Source: Pirellulales bacterium (lineage in GTDB: Bacteria; Planctomycetota; Planctomycetia; Pirellulales; UBA1268). Taken from it: DNA of 64,000 bases. The notes beneath the pieces are model-generated. The model had not been told where the DNA came from. It searched no databases and was given only the letters and a program-made list of their open reading frames with translations. A program made the translations under genes and the position numbers. The stretch is from assembly GCA_044369655.1 (NCBI GenBank), contig JBILWX010000001.1:56133-120132 (forward strand), in the 5' to 3' direction. Numbering within the stretch: position 1 is the first letter of the stretch; every line of letters begins with the position of its first letter. This document shows, piece after piece, positions 49,025 through 58,529 of this stretch.

Positions 49025-50122
49025 GTGACTGTGTCGAAAGGCCGCGACGATGCGGCTCGAGGCGATGTGCAGGCCGCGGGTGGCAAGCCGGCCGGAGAGC
49101 CCGTCGGAATCGAGGCGTTCCTGGCGGAACTCGCGACCTTTCGCGAGGCCGCGTCACGGGCCCTCGACGGCGTGATCGACATCGCCGGGCTCGAGCAGGC
49201 CCGCGTCGAGTTTCTCGGAGCCCGCAGCGGTCGGCTGAAGGCGATTCAAAAGCTCCTCTCCGCACTCGCTGCCGCCGATCGGCCGGCGGGCGGCAGGCAT
49301 TTCAACGAGGCGAAAGGGGCGGTGACGGCAGCCTTCGCTGCCGCTCAGGAACGGCTGGCAGGCGGCGGTGTCGACGCCGCAGGAGCGGCTGCCGATGGGA
49401 TCGACGTGACCCTGCCTGGCGATCCGGTGCCGCTGGGCCACCTGCATCCGATCACGCAGACGATCCGCCGCGTGCAGGAGATCATGGCCCGCCTGGGCTT
49501 CGAAAGCGTCGACGGACCGGAGGTCGAGGACCAGTGGCACAATTTCGAGGCCCTCGCCATTCCAGCCGAGCATCCGGCCCGCGATCCGCTCGACAACTTC
49601 TATCTGGCGGTGGCCCGCGGGGCCGATCCGCTCCTGCTGCGGTCGCAGACGAGCACCGTGCAGATCCGCGTCATGGAAAATCGCCGGCCGCCGCTCCGGA
49701 TCGTGTCGTTGGGCCGGGTGTATCGCCCCGATACGGCCGATGCCACCCACTACCCGATGTTTCATCAGGTGGAGGGACTGCTCATCGAACGGGGCACGAC
49801 CATGGCCCACCTCAAGAGCGTGCTGAGGCAGCTCGCCTCGAGCTTCCTCGGCGGCGACGTCCATGTGCGGTTCCGGCCGTCGTTTTTCCCGTTCACGGAG
49901 CCGAGCGTGGAGTTCGACATGGAATGGGGCGGGCGGTGGATCGAGATGGGCGGTGCCGGCATGGTCGACCCGGCCGTGCTGGCGGCGGTCGGCTACGATC
50001 CCGACGAAGTGGCGGGCTTCGCGTTCGGCCTCGGGGTCGAACGGATCGCAGCCCGTCGCTACGGGGTGGCCGACATCCGGGATTTCTATCGCAACGACGT
50101 GCGTTTCCTGCGGCAGTTCTGA
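49025..50122 (+). CDS. pheS: Phenylalanine--tRNA ligase alpha subunit
   Basis: HPITQTIRRVQEIMARLGF, class II motifs (LLRSQTSTVQIR, FRPSFFPFTEPS, GAGMVDP). GTG start just after the rplT stop; 49031 is also possible. Confidence 0.9.
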   Translation: MTVSKGRDDAARGDVQAAGGKPAGEPVGIEAFLAELATFREAASRALDGVIDIAGLEQARVEFLGARSGRLKAIQKLLSALAAADRPAGGRHFNEAKGAVTAAFAAAQERLAGGGVDAAGAAADGIDVTLPGDPVPLGHLHPITQTIRRVQEIMARLGFESVDGPEVEDQWHNFEALAIPAEHPARDPLDNFYLAVARGADPLLLRSQTSTVQIRVMENRRPPLRIVSLGRVYRPDTADATHYPMFHQVEGLLIERGTTMAHLKSVLRQLASSFLGGDVHVRFRPSFFPFTEPSVEFDMEWGGRWIEMGGAGMVDPAVLAAVGYDPDEVAGFAFGLGVERIAARRYGVADIRDFYRNDVRFLRQF

Positions 50123-50198
50123 TCGGCCGCGGCCGGCCTCTTCGCATCGTGTCCAGTCACCGCTTGCCGCCGTGTTCACTTGAGAAGGGATCGAGTCG

Positions 50199-52307
50199 AT
50201 GATCATCTCCACGAACTGGCTGTCCGAGTACGTGAGCCTGCCGGCGTCGGTCGATGCCTTGGTCGAGCGGCTGATGCTGTCGGGGCTCAATCACGAATCG
50301 ACGAGGGCTGTCGGCGCCGACACGGCCGTCGAGATCGAGGTGACGAGCAACCGACCCGATTGCCTCGGCCACATCGGCGTGGCCCGTGAGGCGGCCGTGC
50401 TCTTCGCCAGGCCGCTCCACATTCCCGATCCACGGCTGCAGGAGGGCGGAGCCGCCGCCGCCGCCGAGGTCGCCGCGAAGATCCTCGCCCCCGAGATCTG
50501 TCCGTTCTACACGGCCCGTGTGATTCGGGGCGTGCGGGTGGGGCCGAGTCCGGCCTGGCTCGTCGACCGGTTGGCCACGGTGGGCGTGGCGAGCGTCAAC
50601 AACGTCGTCGACATCACCAACTACGTCATGCTCGAATGCGGGCAACCGCTGCACGCGTTTGATCTGGGAAAGATCCGCGGCGGCCGCATCAGCGTGCGGC
50701 GGGCGGCCACCGGAGAAACCTTCACCGCCATCAACCACAAGACCTACACCCTCACCGAGGCGATGGGCGTGATCGCCGATGCCGAGGGGCCAGTGGCGTT
50801 GGCCGGGGTGATGGGCGGGGCCGGCACCGAGATCGTCGCCACGACGACCGACGTGCTCCTCGAATCGGCCCAATTTGCGCCGCTGACGGTCCGCGCCGCC
50901 GCCCGGGGACTCGTGCTGGCAAGCGCGTCGTCGTATCGCTTTGAACGGGTGCCCGATCCCGCCGCCGTCGACTGGGCCAGCCGCCGTGCGGCCGCCTTGA
51001 TCGTGGAGATCGCCGGCGGGCAGGTGCTGCGGGGCGTCGTCGAGGCCGGCCGGCTCGCGGCGAACCCCGCCACGATCGACCTGCGACACGGACGCGTCGC
51101 CGAGGTGCTCGGCATCGACGTTGCCGTCGCTCGGCAGCAGGCGATCCTGGTCGGCCTGGGATTCGTGGCCGAGTCGATCGAGGGGAAACGTTCCCGCTGG
51201 AAGGCGCCCACGTGGCGGCGCGACTGCTGGCGGGAGATCGACCTCGTGGAGGAGATCGCGCGGATCGAGGGCTACGACAGCGTCCCGGAGGATGTGGCGA
51301 TCGCCGCCCGGCCGGTGGTCGAGTCGGCCCGCGACCGTGCGCTCAGGCGGGCGGCCGAAGTGCTGGTGGCGGCGGGCTTCTGTGAGGCGATGACGCGAAG
51401 CGTGGTCGCCGCGCCGCTGGAAACGACCGCCAGCCCGTGGGGGGACGCGGCGCCGCTCGTCTGCGCTCCGCCGCTCGTCCGCGGAGCGGACCGTCTGCGG
51501 CGAACGCTCCTGCCGAGCCTGCTGGAGGCCCGCGCGGCCAACAGCGCCGTCGGAGCGCAGCGGCCGGAACTCTTCGAGACGGCCCGTGGCTATCTGGCGC
51601 GGCCGGCTGCAGGTTCCGATGGCGCGACCGGACAGGGAAGCCAGGGCGGCGCACAGGCGGCGGCAGCACCGATCGAGGAGCCGCTGCTCGTGTCGTTCGT
51701 GGTGGGTGGGCACTTCGCGGCGGCGAAGGGGCTCGCCACGGCGCTGCTCGATCGCCTCGGGCTCGCGGCCGACGCCACCGGTGCGACCCGCGTGGTCTAT
51801 CGACCGGTCGCCGGTCTCGATCTGTTCGCCGCCGGTCGAGCTGCCGAGCTCGTGCTCCAGCGGCCCGACAGGCCGGCCGAGCGGGTGGGCGTCGTGGGCG
51901 AGGTGGCGACCGCGGTGCTCTCCCGCCTGGGGCTGAAGGGGGCGGTCTGCGCCGCAGAAGTGCGGCTGGACCGGCTCGAGTTTGCCATCGATACCGAGCC
52001 GACCCGATTCCGACCGAGCGATTTTCCGGCAGTCGAGCGGGACGTGAATCTGGTCGTCGATCAGGCGCTGCCGTGGGGCGACGTCGATGCGGTGATCCGC
52101 GCCGCCGCCGCCGGCCCCCTGGAGGAGTGTCGGCTCGTGCAGGTCTGGACCGACGCCGAACGGCTCGGGGCGGGCAAGAAGAGCTTCGTCGTCTCCCTGC
52201 GGCTCCGCAGCAGCACGGGCACGCTCTCGGGCGAGGAGGCCAGCCGGACGGTCGAGTCGGTGGTGGCGGCCTGTGGTCGGCAGTGCGGTGCGGTGTTGCG
52301 GGCGTGA
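50199..52307 (+). CDS. pheT: Phenylalanine--tRNA ligase beta subunit (short form without the N-terminal tRNA-binding domain)
   Basis: MIISTNWLSEYV, NRPDCLGHIGVAREAA, B3/4 and B5 domains and a C-terminal FDX-ACB-like domain. Confidence 0.9.
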   Translation: MIISTNWLSEYVSLPASVDALVERLMLSGLNHESTRAVGADTAVEIEVTSNRPDCLGHIGVAREAAVLFARPLHIPDPRLQEGGAAAAAEVAAKILAPEICPFYTARVIRGVRVGPSPAWLVDRLATVGVASVNNVVDITNYVMLECGQPLHAFDLGKIRGGRISVRRAATGETFTAINHKTYTLTEAMGVIADAEGPVALAGVMGGAGTEIVATTTDVLLESAQFAPLTVRAAARGLVLASASSYRFERVPDPAAVDWASRRAAALIVEIAGGQVLRGVVEAGRLAANPATIDLRHGRVAEVLGIDVAVARQQAILVGLGFVAESIEGKRSRWKAPTWRRDCWREIDLVEEIARIEGYDSVPEDVAIAARPVVESARDRALRRAAEVLVAAGFCEAMTRSVVAAPLETTASPWGDAAPLVCAPPLVRGADRLRRTLLPSLLEARAANSAVGAQRPELFETARGYLARPAAGSDGATGQGSQGGAQAAAAPIEEPLLVSFVVGGHFAAAKGLATALLDRLGLAADATGATRVVYRPVAGLDLFAAGRAAELVLQRPDRPAERVGVVGEVATAVLSRLGLKGAVCAAEVRLDRLEFAIDTEPTRFRPSDFPAVERDVNLVVDQALPWGDVDAVIRAAAAGPLEECRLVQVWTDAERLGAGKKSFVVSLRLRSSTGTLSGEEASRTVESVVAACGRQCGAVLRA

Positions 52308-52393
52308 CGCGGATCGTGTCGCCACGCAGTTCCCGCGGTCGCGCTGCGGGCTTGCAGGCACGCGGGTTCACGCCGCGCCCACATGGCCGGCCG

Positions 52394-54955
52394 TCAGCGG
52401 TCGGCGTAGACGCGGGTGATCTCTTCCTTGGTGATCGGAGCCGGATGGTCGTCGCTCACCAGTTGCACCTGCATACGCTGGTCGCCTTCCCGGCGGCCAC
52501 GGACACGCACGCGAAAGACGGCCTCCTCCGAGGGGGCGAGCTTCGCCAGTGGTTCGAACACGACGGCGAGATTCTCGACCCGGTGGGCCGCCGGCCCCTT
52601 GGCGTCGACCGGCTCGAGATCGCCAAGCAGCGTTGCCGTGAGCCGCACGCCGCTGGCGGCCTTCGTCCCCTGGTTGCCGATGCGGACGATGAATTCCGTC
52701 ATCCCCCCCACTTCGATCGGATCCTCGCTGTCGGTGACCTCGAAGAAGAGTGCGGCGAGGCCCTCGACCTCGACGGTGTGCGAGGTCTGGTCCGAAGGAC
52801 CGTCGCTACTGCGCGCGGCCGCGACGATCTTCTGCGGCCCGAGGTCGACCGGCATGAGCACCATCTCCACGGCGCCGACCTCGCCTGGAGGCAGTTCCTC
52901 CAGGTTCCAAAGCACGCGGTGCGAGCGTTCCTCGTACCAGCCGGCATGGTTGGCCCGCACGAATTTCATGCCTGGCGGCAGTTGGGCGGCCAGTTCCACC
53001 GACCGAGCCGGTGCCGTGCCCGCGTTCACCATCGTCAGCACGCAGGTGGCGGGCCGCTGCAGATACCGACGCGACGGCATCTCGGTCGAGAGTTCGAGGG
53101 TGGGGGCCGTGATTTCGATCCGCACCGGCTGTTCGACCTCGAGTTGACCGTCGGCCCGCGCGGCGAAACGGGCCATGTGGACGCCCGGGCCGGTCGAGCC
53201 CATGACAAGGTCGATCGTCCGTGACTCGCCCGGCCGGAGTTGGCCGACGTCGAATTCCAATTCGCGGCCGGCGCTGTGCGCGACGCCTGCGGGCAGTTCG
53301 CCCTCCAGCACCACGCCGGTGGCGATACCGGTGCCTGGATTGCTGACCTTGAGCGACAGCTTGACCTCACCTCCGATGCGTACCGCCTTGGTCTCGGAGG
53401 CCTCCAGCCTGAGATCGGGCTTGGTGGCGCGGGATCGAGCCGACGCTTCCGTGCGGAACGTGACGCTGGCCACGCTGCCGATTTCGCCTTCGATCTGCGG
53501 CATCACTTCCATCGACACGCGTGCTTCTCCGCCCGGCGCCAGCGGACCGAGCGGCCAGACCAGTTCCGCCGCGGCGGCGCCGCCCTGACCGGCGGCGAGG
53601 CCCGCGGAGGGGCTAGCACTCGCCGGGCTGGCCGGTGGTGTCGTGGTGATGAGCGTCGTGCCGTAGGGCACCGCATCCCGCAGCGTGACATCCTGAGCCG
53701 TCGCCGTGCCGACGTTGCGAACGAGGATCTCGTAGCGGACCGGTTTCCCCACCTGGATTTCCCGCGGGCCACGCTTTTCGACGGCGAGTTGCGGCGTCTG
53801 CAGGCCTTCCAACTGCATGGCACCGGGACGTCCCTGCCCGGTCGTTTCAGGGGCATTGGGCTGGGGCACGCTGCCTCCCACCGCCCCGGGGGCTGTTCGC
53901 AGCGACGGTGCGGGGCCCATGGGTGGCGCACTCGCAAAGGGGTTTGTCGTGGCGGCGGCGCCGACGACCGGAGACGGTGACGGGGCCGGGGAGAGTGCCG
54001 TGGCCGGCGGGACGGGGGCGATCGCCGCCGGCCTGAAACTGGCCGGTGGGGCGGCGACATCGGAGGAGGTGAACCGCCGCGCCGGGGCGGGCGGGGAGAC
54101 CGGCGGAGCGATGGTCGGCGGTGGAGCGGGTGCTGGTGGCAGCAGATCGCCGGCTGCAGCCGGCGATGGTGGAAGCGGTGGTTGCTCCAGTGGCGGCTGG
54201 GGGGCCGGTGCCGCCGCGGTGAACGCTTCGGGAGGAGGCGGCGCAACGGCCGAATCAGCCACCTCGTTGGCGGCCGGTGGAGGCAGTTCGCTCCCATCGT
54301 CCACCGGCAACGCGGCATCGGCGGGTTCCGCGGGCAGCTGGGTATCCGAGGCCTGGGTATCCGAGGCCACAGATTCGGCGGATGCCAGTCGGATCGGCTC
54401 GGCGCCGGTCCCTGGAAAACGGCCGGGAGGCGTAAATCGCGACGTGCTGCCTTCCGAAACCGGCGGCAGGGGCTGCTCGTCGACCGGGGTTTCCAGCGTG
54501 GCCGGTCGGGCAGGATAGCGTTCTTCGACGGGCGTGCCGGCGGCCGGCGAGGCGGGGGGCCGCCAATCGCGTTCATGCATGGCCCGCGGGGCATTGGCTT
54601 CGTTATCGGCCTCGGGAAGTGGCCGCGGCTCCCAGGTGGCGTTGCCGTTCTGGCGGGTGGTGACTCCGGCATCCCCAACGGCAGGCAACGGCTCCTGCGT
54701 CGCGAACGCGACGTCGGATTCGACATCGGTGCTCGAGACGGCAGCCTGCGCCGAGGCGACCGACTCCCCGCCCGCCGGGGAGCGGCCGATACCAAACGCC
54801 CAGACGAGCCCAAAGCCGGTGCTGGCGCAGAGGATCGCTCCCAGCACCAGCGGCAGGTTCGATTGCCGCAGAGGAACGACGAGATCTTGTCGCGAGGGGC
54901 GTTCGAGTTCTTGCATCGGCGGGTCCCCGGAGGATGAATCGGGGGGAAGTACCAC
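52394..54955 (-). CDS. Membrane-anchored surface protein with a Pro-rich linker and repeated DUF11 (OmcB-like) domains
   Basis: N-terminal transmembrane helix and a ~300-aa Pro/Ala-rich linker. Then about 5 repeats of the pattern G..V.Y.I.V.N.G...A..V.L.D.LP. The start may be the internal ATG at 54916. Confidence 0.75.
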   Translation of the reverse strand: MVLPPDSSSGDPPMQELERPSRQDLVVPLRQSNLPLVLGAILCASTGFGLVWAFGIGRSPAGGESVASAQAAVSSTDVESDVAFATQEPLPAVGDAGVTTRQNGNATWEPRPLPEADNEANAPRAMHERDWRPPASPAAGTPVEERYPARPATLETPVDEQPLPPVSEGSTSRFTPPGRFPGTGAEPIRLASAESVASDTQASDTQLPAEPADAALPVDDGSELPPPAANEVADSAVAPPPPEAFTAAAPAPQPPLEQPPLPPSPAAAGDLLPPAPAPPPTIAPPVSPPAPARRFTSSDVAAPPASFRPAAIAPVPPATALSPAPSPSPVVGAAATTNPFASAPPMGPAPSLRTAPGAVGGSVPQPNAPETTGQGRPGAMQLEGLQTPQLAVEKRGPREIQVGKPVRYEILVRNVGTATAQDVTLRDAVPYGTTLITTTPPASPASASPSAGLAAGQGGAAAAELVWPLGPLAPGGEARVSMEVMPQIEGEIGSVASVTFRTEASARSRATKPDLRLEASETKAVRIGGEVKLSLKVSNPGTGIATGVVLEGELPAGVAHSAGRELEFDVGQLRPGESRTIDLVMGSTGPGVHMARFAARADGQLEVEQPVRIEITAPTLELSTEMPSRRYLQRPATCVLTMVNAGTAPARSVELAAQLPPGMKFVRANHAGWYEERSHRVLWNLEELPPGEVGAVEMVLMPVDLGPQKIVAAARSSDGPSDQTSHTVEVEGLAALFFEVTDSEDPIEVGGMTEFIVRIGNQGTKAASGVRLTATLLGDLEPVDAKGPAAHRVENLAVVFEPLAKLAPSEEAVFRVRVRGRREGDQRMQVQLVSDDHPAPITKEEITRVYADR

Positions 54956-54999
54956 AGCAGACCGGCTGCAAGAAAGCCCATTTACAGGGGAATCACAGA

Positions 55000-55893
55000 T
55001 CAGGAAGGTGTGAGAAGCTGGCGAAGATGGAAGTGAAACTTGCCCAGCTTCCCGCCGTAGTTGCCTGCCGAGATGGCGACGATGTCCGGGCCGACGGCGG
55101 CGCGGATGCCGTCCACCATGGCTACCGACACGGAGGGCTCATCGATGCCGTCGATGACGATTTCAAGGCTGCAGGCCGCTCCGGCAACGAGGCCCGTTTC
55201 CACGCGGCCCACGAGCGAAGGGCAGAAGGCTTCGTTCGTCGAGGCGCGGAGAGCCTCGTACCGTGAGCCGACCTTGCTGCCCGACCGCACGACGCCACCC
55301 GGAAAGGGTGTGATGGTGCCGGGCGTGATCGCGATGGCGTCGACCGCCCGCCTGGCGGCGGCGAGCGTGGCGTCCAGCGACCTGCCCTGCAGGATGAAAT
55401 TGCCGCCGCCGACCCCCTTGTCGATGCCGACCGACTCCTCGACGAGAAACTCGCCGTCCATGACCGGCACCCGCCAGTAGCGGCGCCCGTCCACGACCTT
55501 CGTTTTTTCATACCCGTCGCCAAAAAACCGGACGTGGGCTCCCAGCGGTCGCCGCTCTTCGGCGGCAGGCAGGCCGTCGAAAACGCTCGCCGTGGGGCAG
55601 GTCAGCAGGCATTGGGCCGTGCGGTTGGCCACCGCCTTCCCCACGCCATCCGCGGAAAAACCGCAGGCCAGCACGGCCGCGCCGGGCCGGCCGTCGGGTG
55701 TTTCGTCGGCCGTCAGCCACCGCTCGACGCCGATCTCCGCATCGCAGCCGATGACGCTCGTGCCGTAGCCGCAGGCGGCGCGGATCGCGGCGTCGAGCCA
55801 GTGGGCATCGGCCGCCGTGACGATGAGCCGCGCGTGCCTCAGGCGGAAGGCTTCGGCGAACGTGTCGACGATCTGTGTCGTTCCGATGAGCAT
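55000..55893 (-). CDS. ftr: Formylmethanofuran--tetrahydromethanopterin N-formyltransferase (Ftr / FhcD)
   Basis: 298 aa, colinear with archaeal Ftr: VDTFAEAF, GYGTSVIGC, ETPDGRPG, FFGDGY, PVMDGEF, GGGNF, PFPGGVV, ASTNEAFCP, ISAGNYGGKLG. I trimmed the track start from 56163. Confidence 0.9.
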   Translation of the reverse strand: MLIGTTQIVDTFAEAFRLRHARLIVTAADAHWLDAAIRAACGYGTSVIGCDAEIGVERWLTADETPDGRPGAAVLACGFSADGVGKAVANRTAQCLLTCPTASVFDGLPAAEERRPLGAHVRFFGDGYEKTKVVDGRRYWRVPVMDGEFLVEESVGIDKGVGGGNFILQGRSLDATLAAARRAVDAIAITPGTITPFPGGVVRSGSKVGSRYEALRASTNEAFCPSLVGRVETGLVAGAACSLEIVIDGIDEPSVSVAMVDGIRAAVGPDIVAISAGNYGGKLGKFHFHLRQLLTPS

Positions 55894-56123
55894 GGTGGCG
55901 TTTCCGCAAGGACGAAGGTGGCAATCCGTTCCGTGCCAGGGGTGTGTCTGGCGGCGGCGGGGGGCGTCAGGGGGCCGCTGCTCAAGCGTTGGCCGGAAGT
56001 TTCCGGGTTCTCTCCGCAGTTGGGTTTCGCATATCCTATCAAGCGTCGCGCCCGGTCCTCCACGGCCCGCGCGGCCCCTGGCACTGCCCTGTGCCAGGCT
56101 GCTTCCTCTCGCCCCAGCAAAGG

Positions 56124-58511
56124 ATGACGACGATGCTGTTCCCGAACCGCGCAATCCCGACACCGGTGCTCCCTGCCCTCGTCGCCACGGTCATCGCCCT
56201 GTGTGCGTCGGGTGCGCCGGCCGCCGACTCTCTGGCCACGAGCGGTGTTGCGCTGATTCCCGAAGATGCCGCGTTTGTCTCGGCAACCCTGCGGGCACGC
56301 GAGCAATACGACCGCCTCGAGAAGAGCAACGCCTTCGCCGCCCTGCGGAAACTGCCGTTCGTGTCCCGCGCCGCCGATTCGATCGAGGAGCAGAAACTCC
56401 AGCCGGGCAGCCCGCTCTCCATGGCGTCGACCTTCATGGAACTGCCCGAAAACGAGCAGGCGCTGGAACTGCTCAAGGACATGGTCTCGACCGACACGTT
56501 CGTCTATGGCGAGCCGTCGTGCATCGCGTTCGTGGAGCTCTTGAAGAAGATCCAGCAGGCGCAGAATGCAGCGACGCTGTTGCAACTGGCGAGCGGAGAC
56601 GCCTCGGTCGGCGGCATCGAGGTCGACATGCTCGAAGGCATCGAACTCGATGAGGACGACGACGAGGAGGATGAGGACGACGACGAGGGGGCCACCGACG
56701 CCCGCCGCGGCGTTCGTGTCAGGCCGGTGCGGTTTCAGGCGGTCGAGGACGCCGAGCAGATTTCCGCCGAGGAACTCGCGACCCGCCTGGTGGTCAAGAC
56801 CTTGTCGGAGAACATCCACCTGATCGTGGTGCCCGACGTGGTCTGGGGGTTCAAGACGACCAAGCTCGATGCCGCCACGTCCCAGCTGAAGCGGATCGAG
56901 GTGCTCGCAAAACTCGTCACGCAGGCCAACCCCGAACTCGCACAATCGCTCGCGCGACGCAAAGTGGCGGGTGGCGAGGTGCTCACGTTCACGATCAAGC
57001 CCGACTCCACCCTGATTCGTGAGGGCATTCCCGGCATCGAGGATCATGGCCAGGAGCTCGAAAAAGTTCTCGAGAAGGTCGAGGGTCTCGAGCTCGTGAT
57101 CGCTCTCGGCGTGATCGGCGACCGCGTGATCCTCTCGATCGGCGACTCGATCGATCACCTCGAGAAGCTGGCCGTGACGGGGAGCAACCGGAAGTCGCTC
57201 GTGACGTCGAAACCGTTCGAGCCGCTCGTGGCCCAGCAGGCCAAGCCGCTCACCGGTATTTCCTACCTCAGCGAGGCGATGCAGAAGGCACTGGCGCCGT
57301 CGGCTGCCGACATTGAACAGTTGGCGGCGCTGAGCGACACGGTCGCCGATCTCGCCGAACTGCCCGACGGGGCGGCTGCCGAGGCCCGTCGGGTGCTCGG
57401 CAAGGTGGCCGAGGGCTACAAGCGGCGGCTGCCCGTGCCCGGCGCATGGATGTCGTTCGCGTTTCTGTCCGAACAGGGCTACGAGGGCTACGTCTGGGAT
57501 TGGTCGAAGAACCTGCCATTCGATGGCTCGAAGCGGCTGGAACTCCTCGAGCACACGGGCGGTGCACCGCTGGCGGCTGTCGCCGCCCGAGTGAAGACCG
57601 ACCCGGGGCAGTTCGAGGACTTCGCCTCGTGGGCCGACATGGGCTGGTCATTCTTTCTGAAGTACCTGGTGCCGAAGGCCGATGGCGAAGCCCGCGAGAA
57701 GATCGCGGAAGTCGATGAGCACCTGGCGCCGCTGGGAGAGAAGCTGGTCGGCATCCTGCGGACCAAGGTCCTGCCGTCGCTTGCCGACGGGCAGCTCGGG
57801 TTCGTGATCGACGGCAAGAGTTCCACGAAGCGGCCTCACGCGGCGCTTCCCTCCGCGGCGGAGCCCCTGCCGCTCGTGGAGCCTGCCATCGTGCTCGGGC
57901 TCGACGATCCCAAGCTTTTCCGGGAAGGAATGAGCGACCTCTTCGAACTGGCCGACGAAGTGGTCGATGCGGTGCGGGAGATGAACCCCGATGCCGTGCC
58001 GGCTGAGTACAGCGTGCCCGAGCCGGTGAAGACCAAGGTGGAGGGAGGCACGCTCTGGTCCTTTCCGATGGCCAACAGCGGCCTCGACGACAAGGTGCAG
58101 CCGTCGATCGGCGTGGGCGAGGATGCGGCGGTGCTGTCGCTCGTGCCGAAGCAGGCCGGCCGGTTGCTCGTGCAGACCCGCTTGGAAACAGGCTCCCAGC
58201 TCTCGAAGTTCGAGGAGCCGTTGGTGGGGGCCGCCGCGCTCGACTTCGCGGGACTGGTCGACGCCATCCAGCCGTGGGTCGTCTATCTGACCCGGTACGG
58301 CTGCGCCCAGCAGCGTGACGGCAGCGTGGATCCCGAGTCGGAACTCGGGCCAGACGATGAGAACGAACAGGCGAAGGACGCGCTGGCCCAGGCGAAGGTG
58401 GTGTTCGAGGTGATCAAGTCGCTGCGTGTGGCGGTGGCGGAAACGTCGATGCAGTCCGACGCCATGGTGACGCACTGGCGGAACGTGATCCGCGACATGC
58501 CGGCCAAGTAG
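56124..58511 (+). CDS. Large secreted hypothetical protein (795 aa) with an acidic D/E tract
   Basis: Signal peptide (VLPALVATVIALCASGAPAA). GC3-rich ORF with an EGIELDEDDDEEDEDDDEG tract. No domain recognised. Confidence 0.6.
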   Translation: MTTMLFPNRAIPTPVLPALVATVIALCASGAPAADSLATSGVALIPEDAAFVSATLRAREQYDRLEKSNAFAALRKLPFVSRAADSIEEQKLQPGSPLSMASTFMELPENEQALELLKDMVSTDTFVYGEPSCIAFVELLKKIQQAQNAATLLQLASGDASVGGIEVDMLEGIELDEDDDEEDEDDDEGATDARRGVRVRPVRFQAVEDAEQISAEELATRLVVKTLSENIHLIVVPDVVWGFKTTKLDAATSQLKRIEVLAKLVTQANPELAQSLARRKVAGGEVLTFTIKPDSTLIREGIPGIEDHGQELEKVLEKVEGLELVIALGVIGDRVILSIGDSIDHLEKLAVTGSNRKSLVTSKPFEPLVAQQAKPLTGISYLSEAMQKALAPSAADIEQLAALSDTVADLAELPDGAAAEARRVLGKVAEGYKRRLPVPGAWMSFAFLSEQGYEGYVWDWSKNLPFDGSKRLELLEHTGGAPLAAVAARVKTDPGQFEDFASWADMGWSFFLKYLVPKADGEAREKIAEVDEHLAPLGEKLVGILRTKVLPSLADGQLGFVIDGKSSTKRPHAALPSAAEPLPLVEPAIVLGLDDPKLFREGMSDLFELADEVVDAVREMNPDAVPAEYSVPEPVKTKVEGGTLWSFPMANSGLDDKVQPSIGVGEDAAVLSLVPKQAGRLLVQTRLETGSQLSKFEEPLVGAAALDFAGLVDAIQPWVVYLTRYGCAQQRDGSVDPESELGPDDENEQAKDALAQAKVVFEVIKSLRVAVAETSMQSDAMVTHWRNVIRDMPAK

Positions 58512-58529
58512 CGGCGGCTGCGGAACACG

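Noticed and set aside
49021-49030. T-box or attenuator leader upstream of pheS
   Set aside because: pheS starts within about 5-10 nt of the rplT stop, so there is no leader space.
50157-53224. Several 340-730-aa ORFs (50157..52361 -, 51343..52371 -, 51437..53224 +)
   Set aside because: They overlap pheT and the DUF11 gene in antisense or alternative frames. Their translations are extremely Arg/Pro/Gly-rich, with no recognisable domains.
56079-56094. Sigma-54 promoter TGGCAC-N5-TGTGC upstream of the 56124 gene
   Set aside because: The GG to GC spacing is 11 rather than the invariant 10. It is kept only as an inverted-repeat observation.
55839-57554. 571-aa minus-strand ORF
   Set aside because: It is antisense to the secreted-protein gene (56124..58511), overlaps the ftr start, and has low-complexity shadow composition.
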